Below, piece after piece: positions 28,001 to 43,420 of a stretch of DNA of 64,000 nt. A model generated the notes under the pieces. The model saw only the letters and a program-made list of their open reading frames with translations, did not search any database and had not been told where the DNA came from. Location of the stretch: assembly GCF_009914755.1 (NCBI RefSeq), contig NC_060946.1. One strand, written 5' to 3'. Positions within the stretch are counted from its first letter, which is position 1, and each line of letters opens with the position of its first letter. The DNA comes from the human T2T-CHM13v2.0 reference genome, Homo sapiens. Position numbers and translations under genes: made by a program.

Positions 28001-31000
28001 TCAAATGGAATGCAATAGAATGGAATGGAATGGAATGGAATGGAATGCAATAAATCCGGGTGGAGTGGAATGGAATGTAATCAAGTGGAATGGAATGGAA
28101 TTTAGTGCAATGGAATGGAATGGAATGGAATGGAATGGAATCAACACGAATTTAATTGAATGGAATGGAATGGAAAGGAATGGAATGGAATGGAATGGAA
28201 TGGAATGGAATGGAATGGAATGGAATGGAATGCAATGGAATGTAATGGAATCGAAAGGAATAGAATGGAGTGGAATGGAACAGAATGGAGTGGAATGCAA
28301 TAAACACCAGGGGAATGAAATGGATTGGAATGAAATGGAATGGAATGGAATGAAATCAACCCGAGTTGAATAGAACGGAATGGAATGGAATGGAAAGGAA
28401 TGAATGGAATGGAATGGTTTGGAATCAACACGAGAGGAATGGAATGGAATGGAATGGAACGGAACGGAATGGAAAGGAATGGACTGGAATGAATCCGAAT
28501 GGAATGGAATGGATTCGAATGGAATGGAATGGAATCAACCTGAGCGGAAAGGAATGGAATGCAATGGAGTGGAATGGAATGTAACGGAATGGAATGGAAT
28601 GGAATGGAATCAACATGAATGGAATGGAACGGAATGGAATGGGATGGGATGGAATGGAATGGAATGGAAGTTAGTCAACACGAATGGAATGGAATGGAAT
28701 GGAATGGAATGAAAAGGAAAGGAACAGAATGGAATCAACACGAGTGGAATGGAATGGAATGGAATGGAATCAACCCGAGTGGAATGAAATGGAATGTAAT
28801 GCAATGGGATGGAGTGGAATCAACCCGAGTGGAATGGAATGGAATGGAATGGAATGGAATGGAATGGAATGGAATGGAATGGAATGAAATGGAATGGATC
28901 GGAATGGAATCCAATGGAATTAACTGGAATGGAATGGAATGGAATGGAATGAAATGGATTGGATCGGAATTGAATCCAATGGAATCAACTGGAATGCAAT
29001 GGAATGGAATGGAATGGAATGGAATGGAATAAATCCGGGTGGAGTGGAATGGAATGTAATGGAGTGGAATGGAATGTAATTCAGTGGAATGGAATGGAAT
29101 GGAATCGAATGGAATCGAATGGAATGGAATCAAACCGAATGGAATGGAACGGAATGGAATGGAAAGGAATGGAATGGAATGGAATGGAATGGAATGGAAT
29201 GGAATGGAATGGAATGGAATCAACCGAAGTGCAACGGAATGGAATGGAATGGAATGGAATGGAATGGAATGGAATGGAATGGAATGGAATGGAGTGGAAT
29301 GGAACGGAATGAAGTGGAATGGAATAAACACCAGGGGAATGAAATGGATTGGATTGAAATGGAATGGAATGGAATGGAATGAAATGAAATCAACCCGAGT
29401 GGAATGGAACGGAATGGAATGGAATGGAAAGGATTGAATGGAATGGAATGGTGTGGAATCAAAAAGAGAGGAATGGAATGGAATGGAATGGAACGGAATG
29501 GAAAGGAATGGAATGGAATGAACCCGAATGGAATGGAATGGATTGGAATGGAATGGAATGGAAACAACCCGAGCTTAAAGGAATGGAATTGAATGGAGTG
29601 GAATGGAATGTAATGGAATGGAATGGAATGGAATGGAATCAACACGAATGGAATGGAACGGAATGGAATGGGATGGGATGGAATGGAATGGAATGAAATG
29701 GATTGGATCGGAATGGAATCCAATGGAATCAACTGGAATGGAATGGAAATGAATGGAATGGAATAAATCCGGGTGGAGTGGAATGGAATGGAATGGAGTG
29801 GAATGGAATGGAATTTAGTGGAATGGAATGGAATGGAATGGAATGGAATGGAATGGAAAGGAATCAACCCGAAAGGAATGGAACGGAATGGAGTGGAATG
29901 GAATGGAATCAACCCAAGTGCAATGGAATGGAATGGAATGCAATGGAATCCACCCGAGTGGAATGCAACAGAATGGAATGGAGTGGAATGGAATGGAATG
30001 GAATGGAATGGAATGGAATGGAATTGAATGGAATGGAGTGGAATGGAACAGAATGGAGTGGAATGGAATAAACACCAGGGGAATGAATTGGGTTGGAATG
30101 AAATGGAATGGAAGGGAATGGAATGGAATGGAATGAAATCAACCCGAGTGGAATGGAACGGAATGGAATGGAATGGAAAGGAATGAATGGAATGGAATGG
30201 TGTGGAATCAACACGAGAGGAATGGAATGGAATGGAATGGAATCAACACGAATGGAATGGAATGGAATGGAATGGGATGGGATGGAATGGAATGGAAGTT
30301 AATCAACACGAATGGAATGGAACGGAATGGAAAAGAATGGAATGGAATGGAATGGAATGGAATGGAATGGAATGGAATGGAATGAAATGGAAAGGAACGG
30401 AATGGAATCAACATGAGTGGAATGGAATGGAACGGAATGGAATCAACCCTAGTGGAATGAAATGGAATGTAATGCAATGGGATGGAGGGGAATCAACACG
30501 AGTCGAATGGAATGGAATGGAATGGAATGGAATGGAATGGAAAGGAATGGATCGGAATGGAATCCAATGGAATCCACTGGAATGGAATGGAATGGAATGG
30601 AATGAATCCGGGTGGAGTGGAATGGAATGTAATGGAGAGGAATGGAATGGAATTTAGTGGTGTGGAATGGAATGGAATGGAATGGGATGGGATGCGATGG
30701 AATGGAAAGGAATGGAACTTAATCAACACGAATGGAACGGAATGCAATGGAATGGAATGGAATGGAATGGAATGGAATGGAATGGAATCAACACGAATGA
30801 CATGGCATAGAATGGAATGGAATGGAATGCAATGGAATGGAATGGAATGGAATCAACCCGAATGGAATGGAACGGAATGGAATGGGATGGGATGGAATGG
30901 AATGGAATGCAAGTTAATCAACACGAATGGAATGGAACGGAATGGAATGGAATGAAAAGGAAAGGAACATAATGGCATCAACACGAGAGGAATGGAATGG

Positions 31001-32945
31001 AACGGAATGGAATCAACCCGAGTGGAATGAAATGGAATGTAATGCAATGGGATGGAGTGGAATCAACCCGAATGGAATGGAATGGAATGGAATGGAATGG
31101 AATGGAATGGAATGGAATGGAATGGATCGGAATGGAATCCAATGGAATCAACTGGAATGGAATGGAATGGAATGGAATGGAATGGAATGGAATGGAACGG
31201 AATAAATCCGGTTGGAGTGGAATGGAATGTAATAGAGTGGAATGGAATGGAATTTAGAGGAATGGAATGGAATGGAATGGAATGGAATGGAATGGAATGG
31301 AATGGAATGGAATCAACCCGAATGGAATGGAACGGAATGGAATGGAATGGAATGGGATGGAATGGAATGGAATGGAATCAACACGAATGGCATGGCATAG
31401 AATGGAATGGAATGGAATGGAATGGAATGCAATGGAATGGAATGGAATGGAATGGAATGGAATCAACCCAAGTGCAATGGAATGGAATGGAATGCAATGG
31501 AATCCATCCGAGTGGAATGGAATGGAAAGAAATGGAATGGAATGGAATGGAGTGGAATGGAACGCAATGGAGTGGAATGGAATAAACACCAGGGGAATGA
31601 AATGGATTGGAATGGAATGGAATGGAATGGAATGGAATGGAATGAAATCAACCCGAGTGTAATGGAGCGGAATGGAATGGAATGGAAAGGAATGAATGGA
31701 ATGGAATGGTGTGGAATCAACACGAGAGGAATGGAATGGAATGGAATGGAACAGAACGGAATGGAAAGGAGTGGAATGGAATGAACCCGAATGGAATGGA
31801 ATGGATTGGAATGGAATGGAATGGAATCAACCTGAGCGGAAAGGAATGGAATAGAATGGAGTGGAACGGAATGTAACGGAATGGAATGGAATGGAATGGA
31901 ATCAACACGAATGGAATGGAACGGAATATAATGGGATGGGATGGAATGGAAGAGAATGGATGTTAATCAACACGAATGGAATGGAATGGAATGGAATGGA
32001 ATGGAGTGGAATGGAATGGAATGGATCGGAATGGAATCCAATGGAATCAACTGGAATGGAATGGAATGGAATGGAATGGAATGGAGTGGAGTGGAATGCA
32101 ATCGAATGGAATGGAATGGAATAAATCCGGGTGGAGTGGAATGGAATGTAATGGAGTGGAATGTAATGGAATTTAGTGGAATGGAATGGAATGGAATGAA
32201 ATCTATTGGATCAGAATGGAATCCAATGGAATCAACTGGAATGGAATGGAATGGAATGGAATGGAATGGAATGGAATGGAATGAAAACGAAAGGAACAAA
32301 ATGGAATCAACACGAGTGGAATGGAATGGAACGGAATGGAATTAACCCGAGTGGAATGAAATGGAATGTAATGCAATGGGATGGAGTGGAATCAACCCCA
32401 GTGGAATGGAATGGAATGGAATGGAATGGAATGGAATGGAATGGAATGGAATGAAATGGAATGGATCGGAATGGAATCCAATGGAATCAACTGGAATGAA
32501 ATGGAATGGAATGGAAAGGAATGGAATGGAATGGAATAAATCCGGGTGGAGTGGAATGGAATGTAATGGAGTGGAATGTAATGGAATTTAGTGGAATAGA
32601 ATGGAATGGAATGGAATTGAATCAACCCAAGTGGAATGGAACGGAATGGAATGGAATGGCAAGGAATGAATGGAATGGAATGGTGTGGAATCAACACGAG
32701 AGGAATGGAATGGAATGGAATGCAATGAACCCGAATGGATTTGAATGGATTGGAATGGAATGGAATGGAATCAAACTGAGCGGAAAGGAATGGAATGGAA
32801 TGGAGTGGAATATAATGTAATGTAATGTAATGGAATGGAATGGAATTGAAACAACACGAATGGAATGGAATGGAATGGAATGGAATGGAATGGAATGGAA
32901 TGGAATCAACCCGAAAGGAATGGAACGGAATGGAATGGAATGGAA
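24815..32945 (+). repeat. ~8.1 kb block, copy 1 of a ~9.2 kb-period duplication (copy 2 at ~34065-42125)
   Basis: Private variants shared only by the two copies: GATGCGACGG 25141/34402, AAACAACGGG 25561/~34817, GGCACGGCAT ~25794/~35060, CAACTAGAAT ~26423/~35689, ATCCATCCG ~31502/~40678, GGCAAGGAATGAAT ~32658/~41839. ORF offsets are 9176-9271. Confidence 0.92.
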
Positions 32946-34065
32946 TGGAATAAATCCGGGTGGAGTGGAATGGAATGTAATGGAGTGGAATGTAATGGAA
33001 TTTAGTGGAATGTAATGGAATCGAATGGAATGAAATGGAGTGGAATGGAATGGAATAAATCCGGGTGGAGTGGAATGGAATGTAATGGAGTGGAATGTAA
33101 TGGAATTTAGTGGAATGGAATGGAATGGAATGGAATGAAATGGATTGGATTGGAAAGGAATCCAATGGAATCAAATGGAATGCAATAGAATGGAATGGAA
33201 TGGAATGGAATGGAATGGAATGGAATGGAATCAACACGAATGGAATGGAATGGAATGGAAAGGAATGGAATGGAATGGAATGGAATGGAATGGAATGGAA
33301 TCAACCCGAATGGGATGGCATGGAATGGAATTGAATGGAATGGAATGGAATGGAATGGAATGGAGTGGAATCAACCCAAGTGAATGGAATAGAATGGAAT
33401 GCAATGGAATCCACCCGAGTGGAATGGAATGGAATGGATCGGAATGGAATCCAATGGAATCAACTGGAATGGAATGGAATGGAATGTAATGGAATGGAAT
33501 GGAATGCAATGGAATGGAATGGAATGCAATAAATCCGGGTGGAGTGGAATGGAATGTAATGGAGTGAAATGCAATGGAATTTAGTGGAATGGAATGGAAT
33601 GGAATGGAATGAAATGGATAGGATCGGAAAGGAATCCAATGGAATCAAATGGAATGCAATAGAATGGAATGGAATGGAATGGAATGGAATGCAATAAATC
33701 CGGGTGGAGTGGAATGGAATATAATGAAGTGGAATGGAATGGAATTTAGTGCAATGGAATGGAATGGAATGGAATGGAATGGAATCAACCCGAATTTAAT
33801 TGAATGGAATGGAATGGAAAGGAATGCAATGGAATGGAATGGAATGGAATGGAATGGAATGGAATGGAATGGAATGGAATCAACCCGAATGGGATGGCAT
33901 GGAATGGAATTGAATGGAATGGAATGGAATGGAATGGAGTGGAATCAACCGAAGTGAATGGAATAGAATGGAATGCAATGGAATCCACCCGAGTGGAATG
34001 GAATGGAATGGAATGGAATGGAATGGAATGGAATGGAATGCAATGGAATGGAATGGAATGGAATG
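32945..34065 (+). repeat. ~1.1 kb spacer between the two 8.1 kb copies; near-exact copy of ~21590-22700
   Basis: ORF pairs 21878/33231, 21982/33335 and 22018/33371 have identical translations at offset 11353. Shared variants: GTGAAATGCA (22211/~33564) and GGATAGGATC (~22263/~33616). Confidence 0.85.
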
Positions 34066-37000
34066 TAATTGAATGGAATGAAATGGAAAGGAACGGAATG
34101 GAATCAACATGAGTGGAATGGAATGGAACGGAATGGAATCAACCCTAGTGGAATGAAATGGAATGTAATGCAATGGGATGGAGGGGAATCAACACGAGTC
34201 GAATGGAATGGAATGGAATGGAATGGAATGGAATGGAATGGAATGGAATGGAATGGAATGGATCGGAATGGAATCCAATGGAATCAACTGGAATGGAATG
34301 GAATGGAATGGAATAAATCCGGGTGGAGTGGAATGGAATGTAATGGAGTGGATTGGAATGGAATTTAGTGGTGTGGAATGGAATGGAATGGAATGGGATG
34401 GGATGCGACGGAATGGAAAGGAATGGAACTTAATCAACACGAATGGAACAGAATGCAATGGAATGGAATGGAATGGAATGGAATGGAATCAACACGAATG
34501 ACATGGCATAGAATGGACTGGAATGGAATGGAATGGAATGGAATCAACCCGAATGGAATGGAACGGAATGGAATGGGATGGGATGGAATGGAATGGAATG
34601 CAAGTTAATCAACACGAATGGAATGGAACGGAATGCAATGGAATGAAAAGGAAAGGAACATAATGGCATCAACACGAGAGGAATGGAATGGAACGGAATG
34701 GAATCAACCCGAGTGGAATGAAATGGAATGTAATGCAATGGGATGGAGTGGAATCAACCCGAGTGGAATGGAATGGAATGGAATGGAATGGAATGGATCG
34801 GAATGGAATCCAATGGAAACAACGGGAATGGAATGGAATGGAATGGAATGGAATGGAATGGAATGGAACGGAATAAATCCGGTTGGAGTGGAATGGAATG
34901 TAATAGAGTGGAATGGAATGGAATTTAGAGGAATGGAATGGAATGGAATGGAATGGAATGGAATGGAATCAACCCGAATGGAATGGAACGGAATGGAACG
35001 GAATGGAATGGGATGGAATGGAATGGAATGGAATGGAATGGAATGGAATCAACACGAATGGCACGGCATAGAATGGAATGGAATGGAATGGAATGCAATG
35101 GAATGAAATGGAATGGAATCAACCCAAGTGCAATGGAATGGAATGGAATGCAATGGAATCCACCCGAGTGGAATGGAATGGAATGAAATGGAATGGAATG
35201 GAATTTAGTGGAATGGAACGCAATGGAGTGGAATGGAATAAACACCAGGGGAATGAAAAGGATTGGAATGGAATGGAATGGAATGGAATGGAATGGAATG
35301 AAATCAACCCGAGTGTAATGGAGCGAAATGGAATGGAATGGAAAGGAATGAATGGAATGGAATGGTGTGGAATCAACACGAGAGGAATGGAATGGAATGG
35401 AATGGAACAGAACGGAATGGAAAGGAGTGGAATGGAATGAACCCGAATGGAATGGAATGGATTGGAATGGAATGGAATGGAATCAACCTGAGCGGAAAGG
35501 AATGGAATAGAATGGAGTGGAACGGAATGTAACGGAATGGAATGGAATGGAATGGAATCAACACGAAAGGAATGGAACGGAATGGAATGGGATGGGATGG
35601 AATGGAAGAGAATGGATGTTAATCAACACGAATGGAATGGAATGGAATGGAATGGAATGGAATGGATCGGAATGGAATCCAATGGAATCAACTAGAATGG
35701 AATGGAATGGAATGGAATGGAATGGAATGGAATGAAAACGAAAGGAACAAAATGGAATCAACACGAGTGGAATGGAATGGAACGGAATGGAATTAACCCG
35801 AGTGGAATGAAATGGAATGTTATGCAATGTGATGGAGTGGAATCAACCCCAGTGGAATGGAATGGAATGGAATGGAATGGAATGGAATGGAATGGAATGA
35901 AATGGAATGGATCGGAATGGAATCCAATGGAATCAACTGGAATGAAATGGAATGGAATGGAAAGGAATGGAATGGAATGGAATGAATCCGGGTGGAGTGG
36001 AACGGAATGTAATAGAGTGGAATGTAATGGAATTTAGTGGAATGGAATGGAATGGAATGGAATGAAATGGATTGGATGGGAAAGGAATCCAATGGAATCA
36101 ACTGGAATCAATGGAATGGAATGGAATGGAATGCAATGGAATAAATCCGGGTGGAGTGGAATGGAATGTAATGGAGTGGAATGGAATGGAATTTAGTGCA
36201 ATGGAATGGAATGGAATGGAATGGAATGGAATGGAATGGAATCAACCCGAATGGAATGGAATGGAATGGAAAGGAATGGAATGGAATGGAATGGAATGGA
36301 ATGGAATGGAATGGAATGGAATCAACCCGAATGGGATGGCATGGAATGGAATTGAATGGAATGGAACGGAATGGAATGGAATCAACCCAAGTGCAATGGA
36401 ATAGAATGGAATGCAATGGAATCCACCCGAGTGGAATGGAATGGAATGGAATGGAATGGAATGGAATGGAATGGAATGGAATGCAATGGAATGGAATGGA
36501 ATCGGAAGGAATAGAATGGAGTGGAATGGAACGGAATGGAGTGGAATGCAATAAACACCAGGGGAATGAAATGGATTGGAATGGAATGGAATGGAATGGA
36601 ATGGAATGGAATGGAAGTTAGTCAACACGAATGGAATGGAATGGAATGGAATGGAATGAAAAGGAAAGGAACAGAATGGAATCAACACGAGTGGAATGGA
36701 ATGGAACGGAATGGAATAAACCCAAGTGGAATGAAATTGAATGTAATGCAATAGGATGGAGTGGAATCAACCCGAGTGGAATGGAATGGAATGGAATGGA
36801 ATGGAATGGAATGGAATGAAATGGAATGGATCGGAATGGAATCCAATGGAATTAACTGGAATGGAATGGAATGGAATGGAATGGAATGGAATGGAATGGA
36901 ATGAAATATATTGGATCGGAATGGAATCCAATGGAATCAACTGGAATGGAATGGAATGGAATGGAATGGAATGGACTGGAATAAATCCGGTTGGAGTGCA

Positions 37001-40000
37001 ATGGAATGTAATAGAGTGGAATGGAATGGAATTTAGAGGAATGGAATGGAATGGAATGGAATGGAATGGAATGGAATGGAAAGGAATGGAATGGAATGGA
37101 ATAAATCCGGGTGGAGTGGAATGGAATGTAATGGAGTGGAATGCAATGGAATTTAGTGGAATGGAATGGAATGGAATGGAATGGAATGAAATGGATTGGA
37201 TCGGAAAGGAATCCAATGGAATCAAATGGAATGCAATAGAATGGAATGGAATGGAATGGAATGGAATGCAATAAATCCGGGTGGAGTGGAATGGAATGTA
37301 ATCAAGTGGAATGGAATGGAATTTAGTGCAATGGAATGGAATGGAATGGAATGGAATGGAAACAACACGAATTTAATTGAATGGAATGGAATGGAAAGGA
37401 ATGGAATGGAATGGAATGGAATGGAATGGAATGGAATGGAATGCAATGGAATGTAATGGAATCGAAAGGAATAGAATGGAGTGGAATGGAACAGAATGGA
37501 GTGGAATGCAATAAACACCAGGGGAATGAAATGGATTGGAATGAAATGGAATGGAATGGAATGAAATCAACCCGAGTTGAATAGAACGGAATGGAATGGA
37601 ATGGAAAGGAATGAATGGAATGGAATGGTTTGGAATCAACACGAGAGGAATGGAATGGAATGGAATGGAACGGAACGGAATGGAAAGGAATGGACTGGAA
37701 TGAATCCGAATGGAATGGAATGGATTCGAATGGAATGGAATGGAATCAACCTGAGCGGAAAGGAATGGAATGCAATGGAGTGGAATGGAATGTAACGGAA
37801 TGGAATGGAATGGAATGGAATCAACATGAATGGAATGGAACGGAATGGAATGGGATGGGATGGAATGGAATGGAATGGAAGTTAGTCAACACGAATGGAA
37901 TGGAATGGAATGGAATGGAATGAAAAGGAAAGGAACAGAATGGAATCAACACGAGTGGAATGGAATGGAATGGAATGGAATCAACCCGAGTGGAATGAAA
38001 TGGAATGTAATGCAATGGGATGGAGTGGAATCAACCCGAGTGGAATGGAATGGAATGGAATGGAATGGAATGGAATGGAATGAAATGGAATGGATCGGAA
38101 TGGAATCCAATGGAATTAACTGGAATGGAATGGAATGGAATGGAATGAAATGGATTGGATCGGAATTGAATCCAATGGAATCAACTGGAATGCAATGGAA
38201 TGGAATGGAATGGAATGGAATGGAATAAATCCGGGTGGAGTGGAATGGAATGTAATGGAGTGGAATGGAATGTAATTCAGTGGAATGGAATGGAATGGAA
38301 TCGAATGGAATCGAATGGAATGGAATCAAACCGAATGGAATGGAACGGAATGGAATGGAAAGGAATGGAATGGAATGGAATGGAATGGAATGGAATGGAA
38401 TGGAATGGAATCAACCGAAGTGCAACGGAATGGAATGGAATGGAATGGAATGGAATGGAATGGAATGGAATGGAATGGAATGGAGTGGAATGGAACGGAA
38501 TGAAGTGGAATGGAATAAACACCAGGGGAATGAAATGGATTGGATTGAAATGGAATGGAATGGAATGGAATGAAATGAAATCAACCCGAGTGGAATGGAA
38601 CGGAATGGAATGGAATGGAAAGGATTGAATGGAATGGAATGGTGTGGAATCAAAAAGAGAGGAATGGAATGGAATGGAATGGAACGGAATGGAAAGGAAT
38701 GGAATGGAATGAACCCGAATGGAATGGAATGGATTGGAATGGAATGGAATGGAAACAACCCGAGCTTAAAGGAATGGAATTGAATGGAGTGGAATGGAAT
38801 GTAATGGAATGGAATGGAATGGAATGGAATCAACACGAATGGAATGGAACGGAATGGAATGGGATGGGATGGAATGGAATGGAATGAAATGGATTGGATC
38901 GGAATGGAATCCAATGGAATCAACTGGAATGGAATGGAAATGAATGGAATGGAATAAATCCGGGTGGAGTGGAATGGAATGGAATGGAGTGGAATGGAAT
39001 GGAATTTAGTGGAATGGAATGGAATGGAATGGAATGGAATGGAATGGAAAGGAATCAACCCGAAAGGAATGGAACGGAATGGAATGGAATGGAATGGAAT
39101 GGAATGGAATGGAATGGAATGGAATCAACCCAAGTGCAATGGAATGGAATGGAATGCAATGGAATCCACCCGAGTGGAATGCAACAGAATGGAATGGAAT
39201 GGAATGGAATGGAATGGAATGGAATGGAATGGAATGGAGTGGAATGAAACAGAATGGAGTGGAATGGAATAAACACCAGGGGAATGAAATGGGTTGGAAT
39301 GAAATGGAATGGAAGGGAATGGAATGGAATGGAATGAAATCAACCCGAGTGGAATGGAACGGAATGGAATGGAATGGAAAGGAATGAATGGAATGGAATG
39401 GTGTGGAATCAACACGAGAGGAATGGAATGGAATGGAATGGAATCAACACGAATTGAATGGAATGGAATGGAATGGGATGGGATGGAATGGAATGGAAGT
39501 TAATCAACACAAATGGAATGGAACGGAATGGAAAAGAATGGAATGGAATGGAATGGAATGGAATGGAATTGAATGGAATGAAATGGAAAGGAACGGAATG
39601 GAATCAACATGAGTGGAATGGAATGGAACGGAATGGAATCAACCCTAGTGGAATGAAATGGAATGTAACGCAATGGGATGGAGGGGAATCAACACGAGTC
39701 GAATGGAATGGAATGGAATGGAATGGAATGGAATGGAAAGGAATGGATCGGAATGGAATCCAATGGAATCCACTGGAATGGAATGGAATGGAATGGAATG
39801 AATCCGGGTGGAGTGGAATGGAATGTAATGGAGAGGAATGGAATGGAATTTAGTGGTGTGGAATGGAATGGAATGGAATGGGATGGGATGCGATGGAATG
39901 GAAAGGAATGGAACTTAATCAACACGAATGGAACGGAATGCAATGGAATGGAATGGAATGGAATGGAATGGAATGGAATCAACACGAATGACATGGCATA

Positions 40001-42125
40001 GAATGGAATGGAATGGAATGCAATGGAATGGAATGGAATGGAATCAACCCGAATGGAATGGAACGGAATGGAATGGGATGGGATGGAATGGAATGGAATG
40101 CAAGTTAATCAACACGAATGGAATGGAACGGAATGGAATGGAATGAAAAGGAAAGGAACATAATGGCATCAACACGAGAGGAATGGAATGGAACGGAATG
40201 GAATCAACCCGAGTGGAATGAAATGGAATGTAATGCAATGGGATGGAGTGGAATCAACCCGAATGGAATGGAATGGAATGGAATGGAATGGAATGGAATG
40301 GATCGGAATGGAATCCAATGGAATCAACTGGAATGGAATGGAATGGAATGGAATGGAATGGAATGGAATGGAACGGAATAAATCCGGTTGGAGTGGAATG
40401 GAATGTAATAGAGTGGAATGGAATGGAATTTAGAGGAATGGAATGGAATGGAATGGAATGGAATGGAATGGAATGGAATGGAATGGAATCAACCCGAATG
40501 GAATGGAACGGAATGGAATGGAATGGAATGGGATGGAATGGAATGGAATGGAATCAACACGAATGGCATGGCATAGAATGGAATGGAATGGAATGGAATG
40601 GAATGCAATGGAATGGAATGGAATGGAATGGAATGGAATCAACCCAAGTGCAATGGAATGGAATGGAATGCAATGGAATCCATCCGAGTGGAATGGAATG
40701 GAAAGAAATGGAATGGAATGGAATGGAGTGGAATGGAACGCAATGGAGTGGAATGGAATAAACACCAGGGGAATGAAATGGATTGGAATGGAATGGAATG
40801 GAATGGAATGGAATGGAATGAAATCAACCCGAGTGTAATGGAGCGGAATGGAATGGAATGGAAAGGAATGAATGGAATGGAATGGTGTGGAATCAACACG
40901 AGAGGAATGGAATGGAATGGAATGGAACAGAACGGAATGGAAAGGAGTGGAATGGAATGAACCCGAATGGAATGGAATGGATTGGAATGGAATGGAATGG
41001 AATCAACCTGAGCGGAAAGGAATGGAATAGAATGGAGTGGAACGGAATGTAACGGAATGGAATGGAATGGAATGGAATCAACACGAATGGAATGGAACGG
41101 AATGGAATGGGATGGGATGGAATGGAAGAGAATGGATGTTAATCAACACGAATGGAATGGAATGGAATGGAATGGAATGGAGTGGAATGGAATGGAATGG
41201 ATCGGAATGGAATCCAATGGAATCAACTGGAATGGAATGGAATGGAATGGAATGGAATGGAGTGGAGTGGAATGCAATCGAATGGAATGGAATGGAATAA
41301 ATCCGGGTGGAGTGGAATGGAATGTAATGGAGTGGAATGTAATGGAATTTAGTGGAATGGAATGGAATGGAATGAAATCTATTGGATCAGAATGGAATCC
41401 AATGGAATCAACTGGAATGGAATGGAATGGAATGGAATGGAATGGAATGGAATGGAATGAAAACTAAAGGAACAAAATGGAATCAACACGAGTGGAATGG
41501 AATGGAACGGAATGGAATTAACCCGAGTGGAATGAAATGGAATGTAATGCAATGGGATGGAGTGAAATCAACCCCAGTGGAATGGAATGGAATGGAATGG
41601 AATGGAATGGAATGGAATGGAATGGAATGGAATGAAATGGAATGGATCGGAATGGAATCCAATGGAATCAACTGGAATGAAATGGAATGGAATGGAAAGG
41701 AATGGAATGGAATGGAATAAATCCGGGTGGAGTGGAATAGAATGTAATGGAGTGGAATGTAATGGAATTTAGTGGAATGGAATGGAATGGAATGGAATTG
41801 AATCAACCCGAGTGGAATGGAACGGAATGGAATGGAATGGCAAGGAATGAATGGAATGGAATGGTGTGGAATCAACACGAGAGGAATGGAATGGAATGGA
41901 ATGCAATGAACCCGAATGGATTTGAATGGATTGGAATGGAATGGAATGGAATCAACCTGAGCGGAAAGGAATGGAATGGAATGGAGTGGAATATAATGTA
42001 ATGTAATGTAATGGAATGGAATGGAATTGAAACAACACGAATGGAATGGAATGGAATGGAATGGAATGGAATGGAATGGAATGGAATCAACCCGAAAGGA
42101 ATGGAACGGAATGGAATGGAATGGA
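34065..42125 (+). repeat. ~8.1 kb block, copy 2 (paralogous to ~24815-32945)
   Basis: See copy 1. It differs by scattered substitutions (e.g. AAACGA ~32285 vs AAACTA 41461) and by 5-bp-multiple indels. Confidence 0.92.
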
Positions 42126-42129
42126 ATGG

Positions 42130-42490
42130 AATGGAATGGAATGGAATGGAATGGAATGCAATGGAATGGAATGGAATCAACCCAAGTGCAATGGCATGGA
42201 ATGGAATGCAATGGAATCCACCCGAGTGGAATGCAACAGAATGGAGTGGAATGAAATGGAATGGAATGGAACGGAATGGAATGGAATGGAATGGAATGGA
42301 ATGGAATGGAATGGAATGCAATGGAATGGAATGGAATGGAATGGAATGGAATGGAATGCAATGGAATGGAATGGAATCAACCCAAGTGCAATGGAATGGA
42401 ATGGAATGCAATGGAATCCACCCGAGTGGAATGCAACAGAATGGAGTGGAATGAAATGGAATGGAATGGAATGGAATGGAATGGAATGGA
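42130..42490 (+). repeat. 200 bp tandem duplication
   Basis: CAACCCAAGTGC...CCACCCGAGTGGAATGCAACAGAATGGAGTGGAATGAAAT occurs at 42178-42255 and again at 42378-42455. Confidence 0.85.
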
Positions 42491-43420
42491 ATGGAGTGGA
42501 ATGGAACAGAATGGAGTGGAATGGAATAAACACCAGGGGAATGAAATGGGTTGGAATGAAATGGAATGTAATGGAATGGAATGGAATGGAATTGAATCAA
42601 CCCGAGTGGAATGGAACGGAATGGAATGGAATGGAAAGGAATGAATGGAATGGAATGGTGTGGAATCAACACGAGAGGAATGGAATGGAATGGAATGCAA
42701 TGAACCCGAATGGATTTGAATGGATTGGAATGGAATGGAATGGAATCAACCGGAGAGCAAAGGAATGGAATGGAATGGAGTGGAATGGAATGGAATGTAA
42801 TGGAATGGAATGGAATGGAATGGAATGGAATTGAAACAACACGAATGGAATGGAATGGAATGGAATGGGATGGGATGGAATGGAATGGAATGGAAGTTAA
42901 TCAACACGAATGGAATGGAACGGAATGGAAAGGAATGGAATGGAATGGAATGGAATGGAATGAAATGGAAAGGAACGGAATGGAATCAACATGAGTGGAA
43001 TGGAATGGAACGGAAAGGAATCAACCCGAGTGGAATGAAATGGAATGTAATGCAATGGGATGGAGTGGAATCAACACGAGTGGAATGGAATGGAATGGAA
43101 TGGAATGGAATGAAATGAAATGGAATGGATCGGAATGGAGTCCAATGGAATCAACTGGAATGGAATGGAATGGAATGGAATAAATCCCGGTGGAGTGGAA
43201 TGGAATGTAATGGAGTGGAATGGAATGGAATTTAGTGGTGTGGAATGGAATGGAATGGAATGGGATGGGATGGAATGGAATGGAATGGAACTTAATCAAC
43301 ACGAATGGAACGGAATGGAATGGAATGGAATGGAATGGAATGGAATGGAATCAACACGAATGACATGGCATAGAATGGAATGGAATGGAATGGAATGGAA
43401 TGGAATGGAATGGAATGGAA

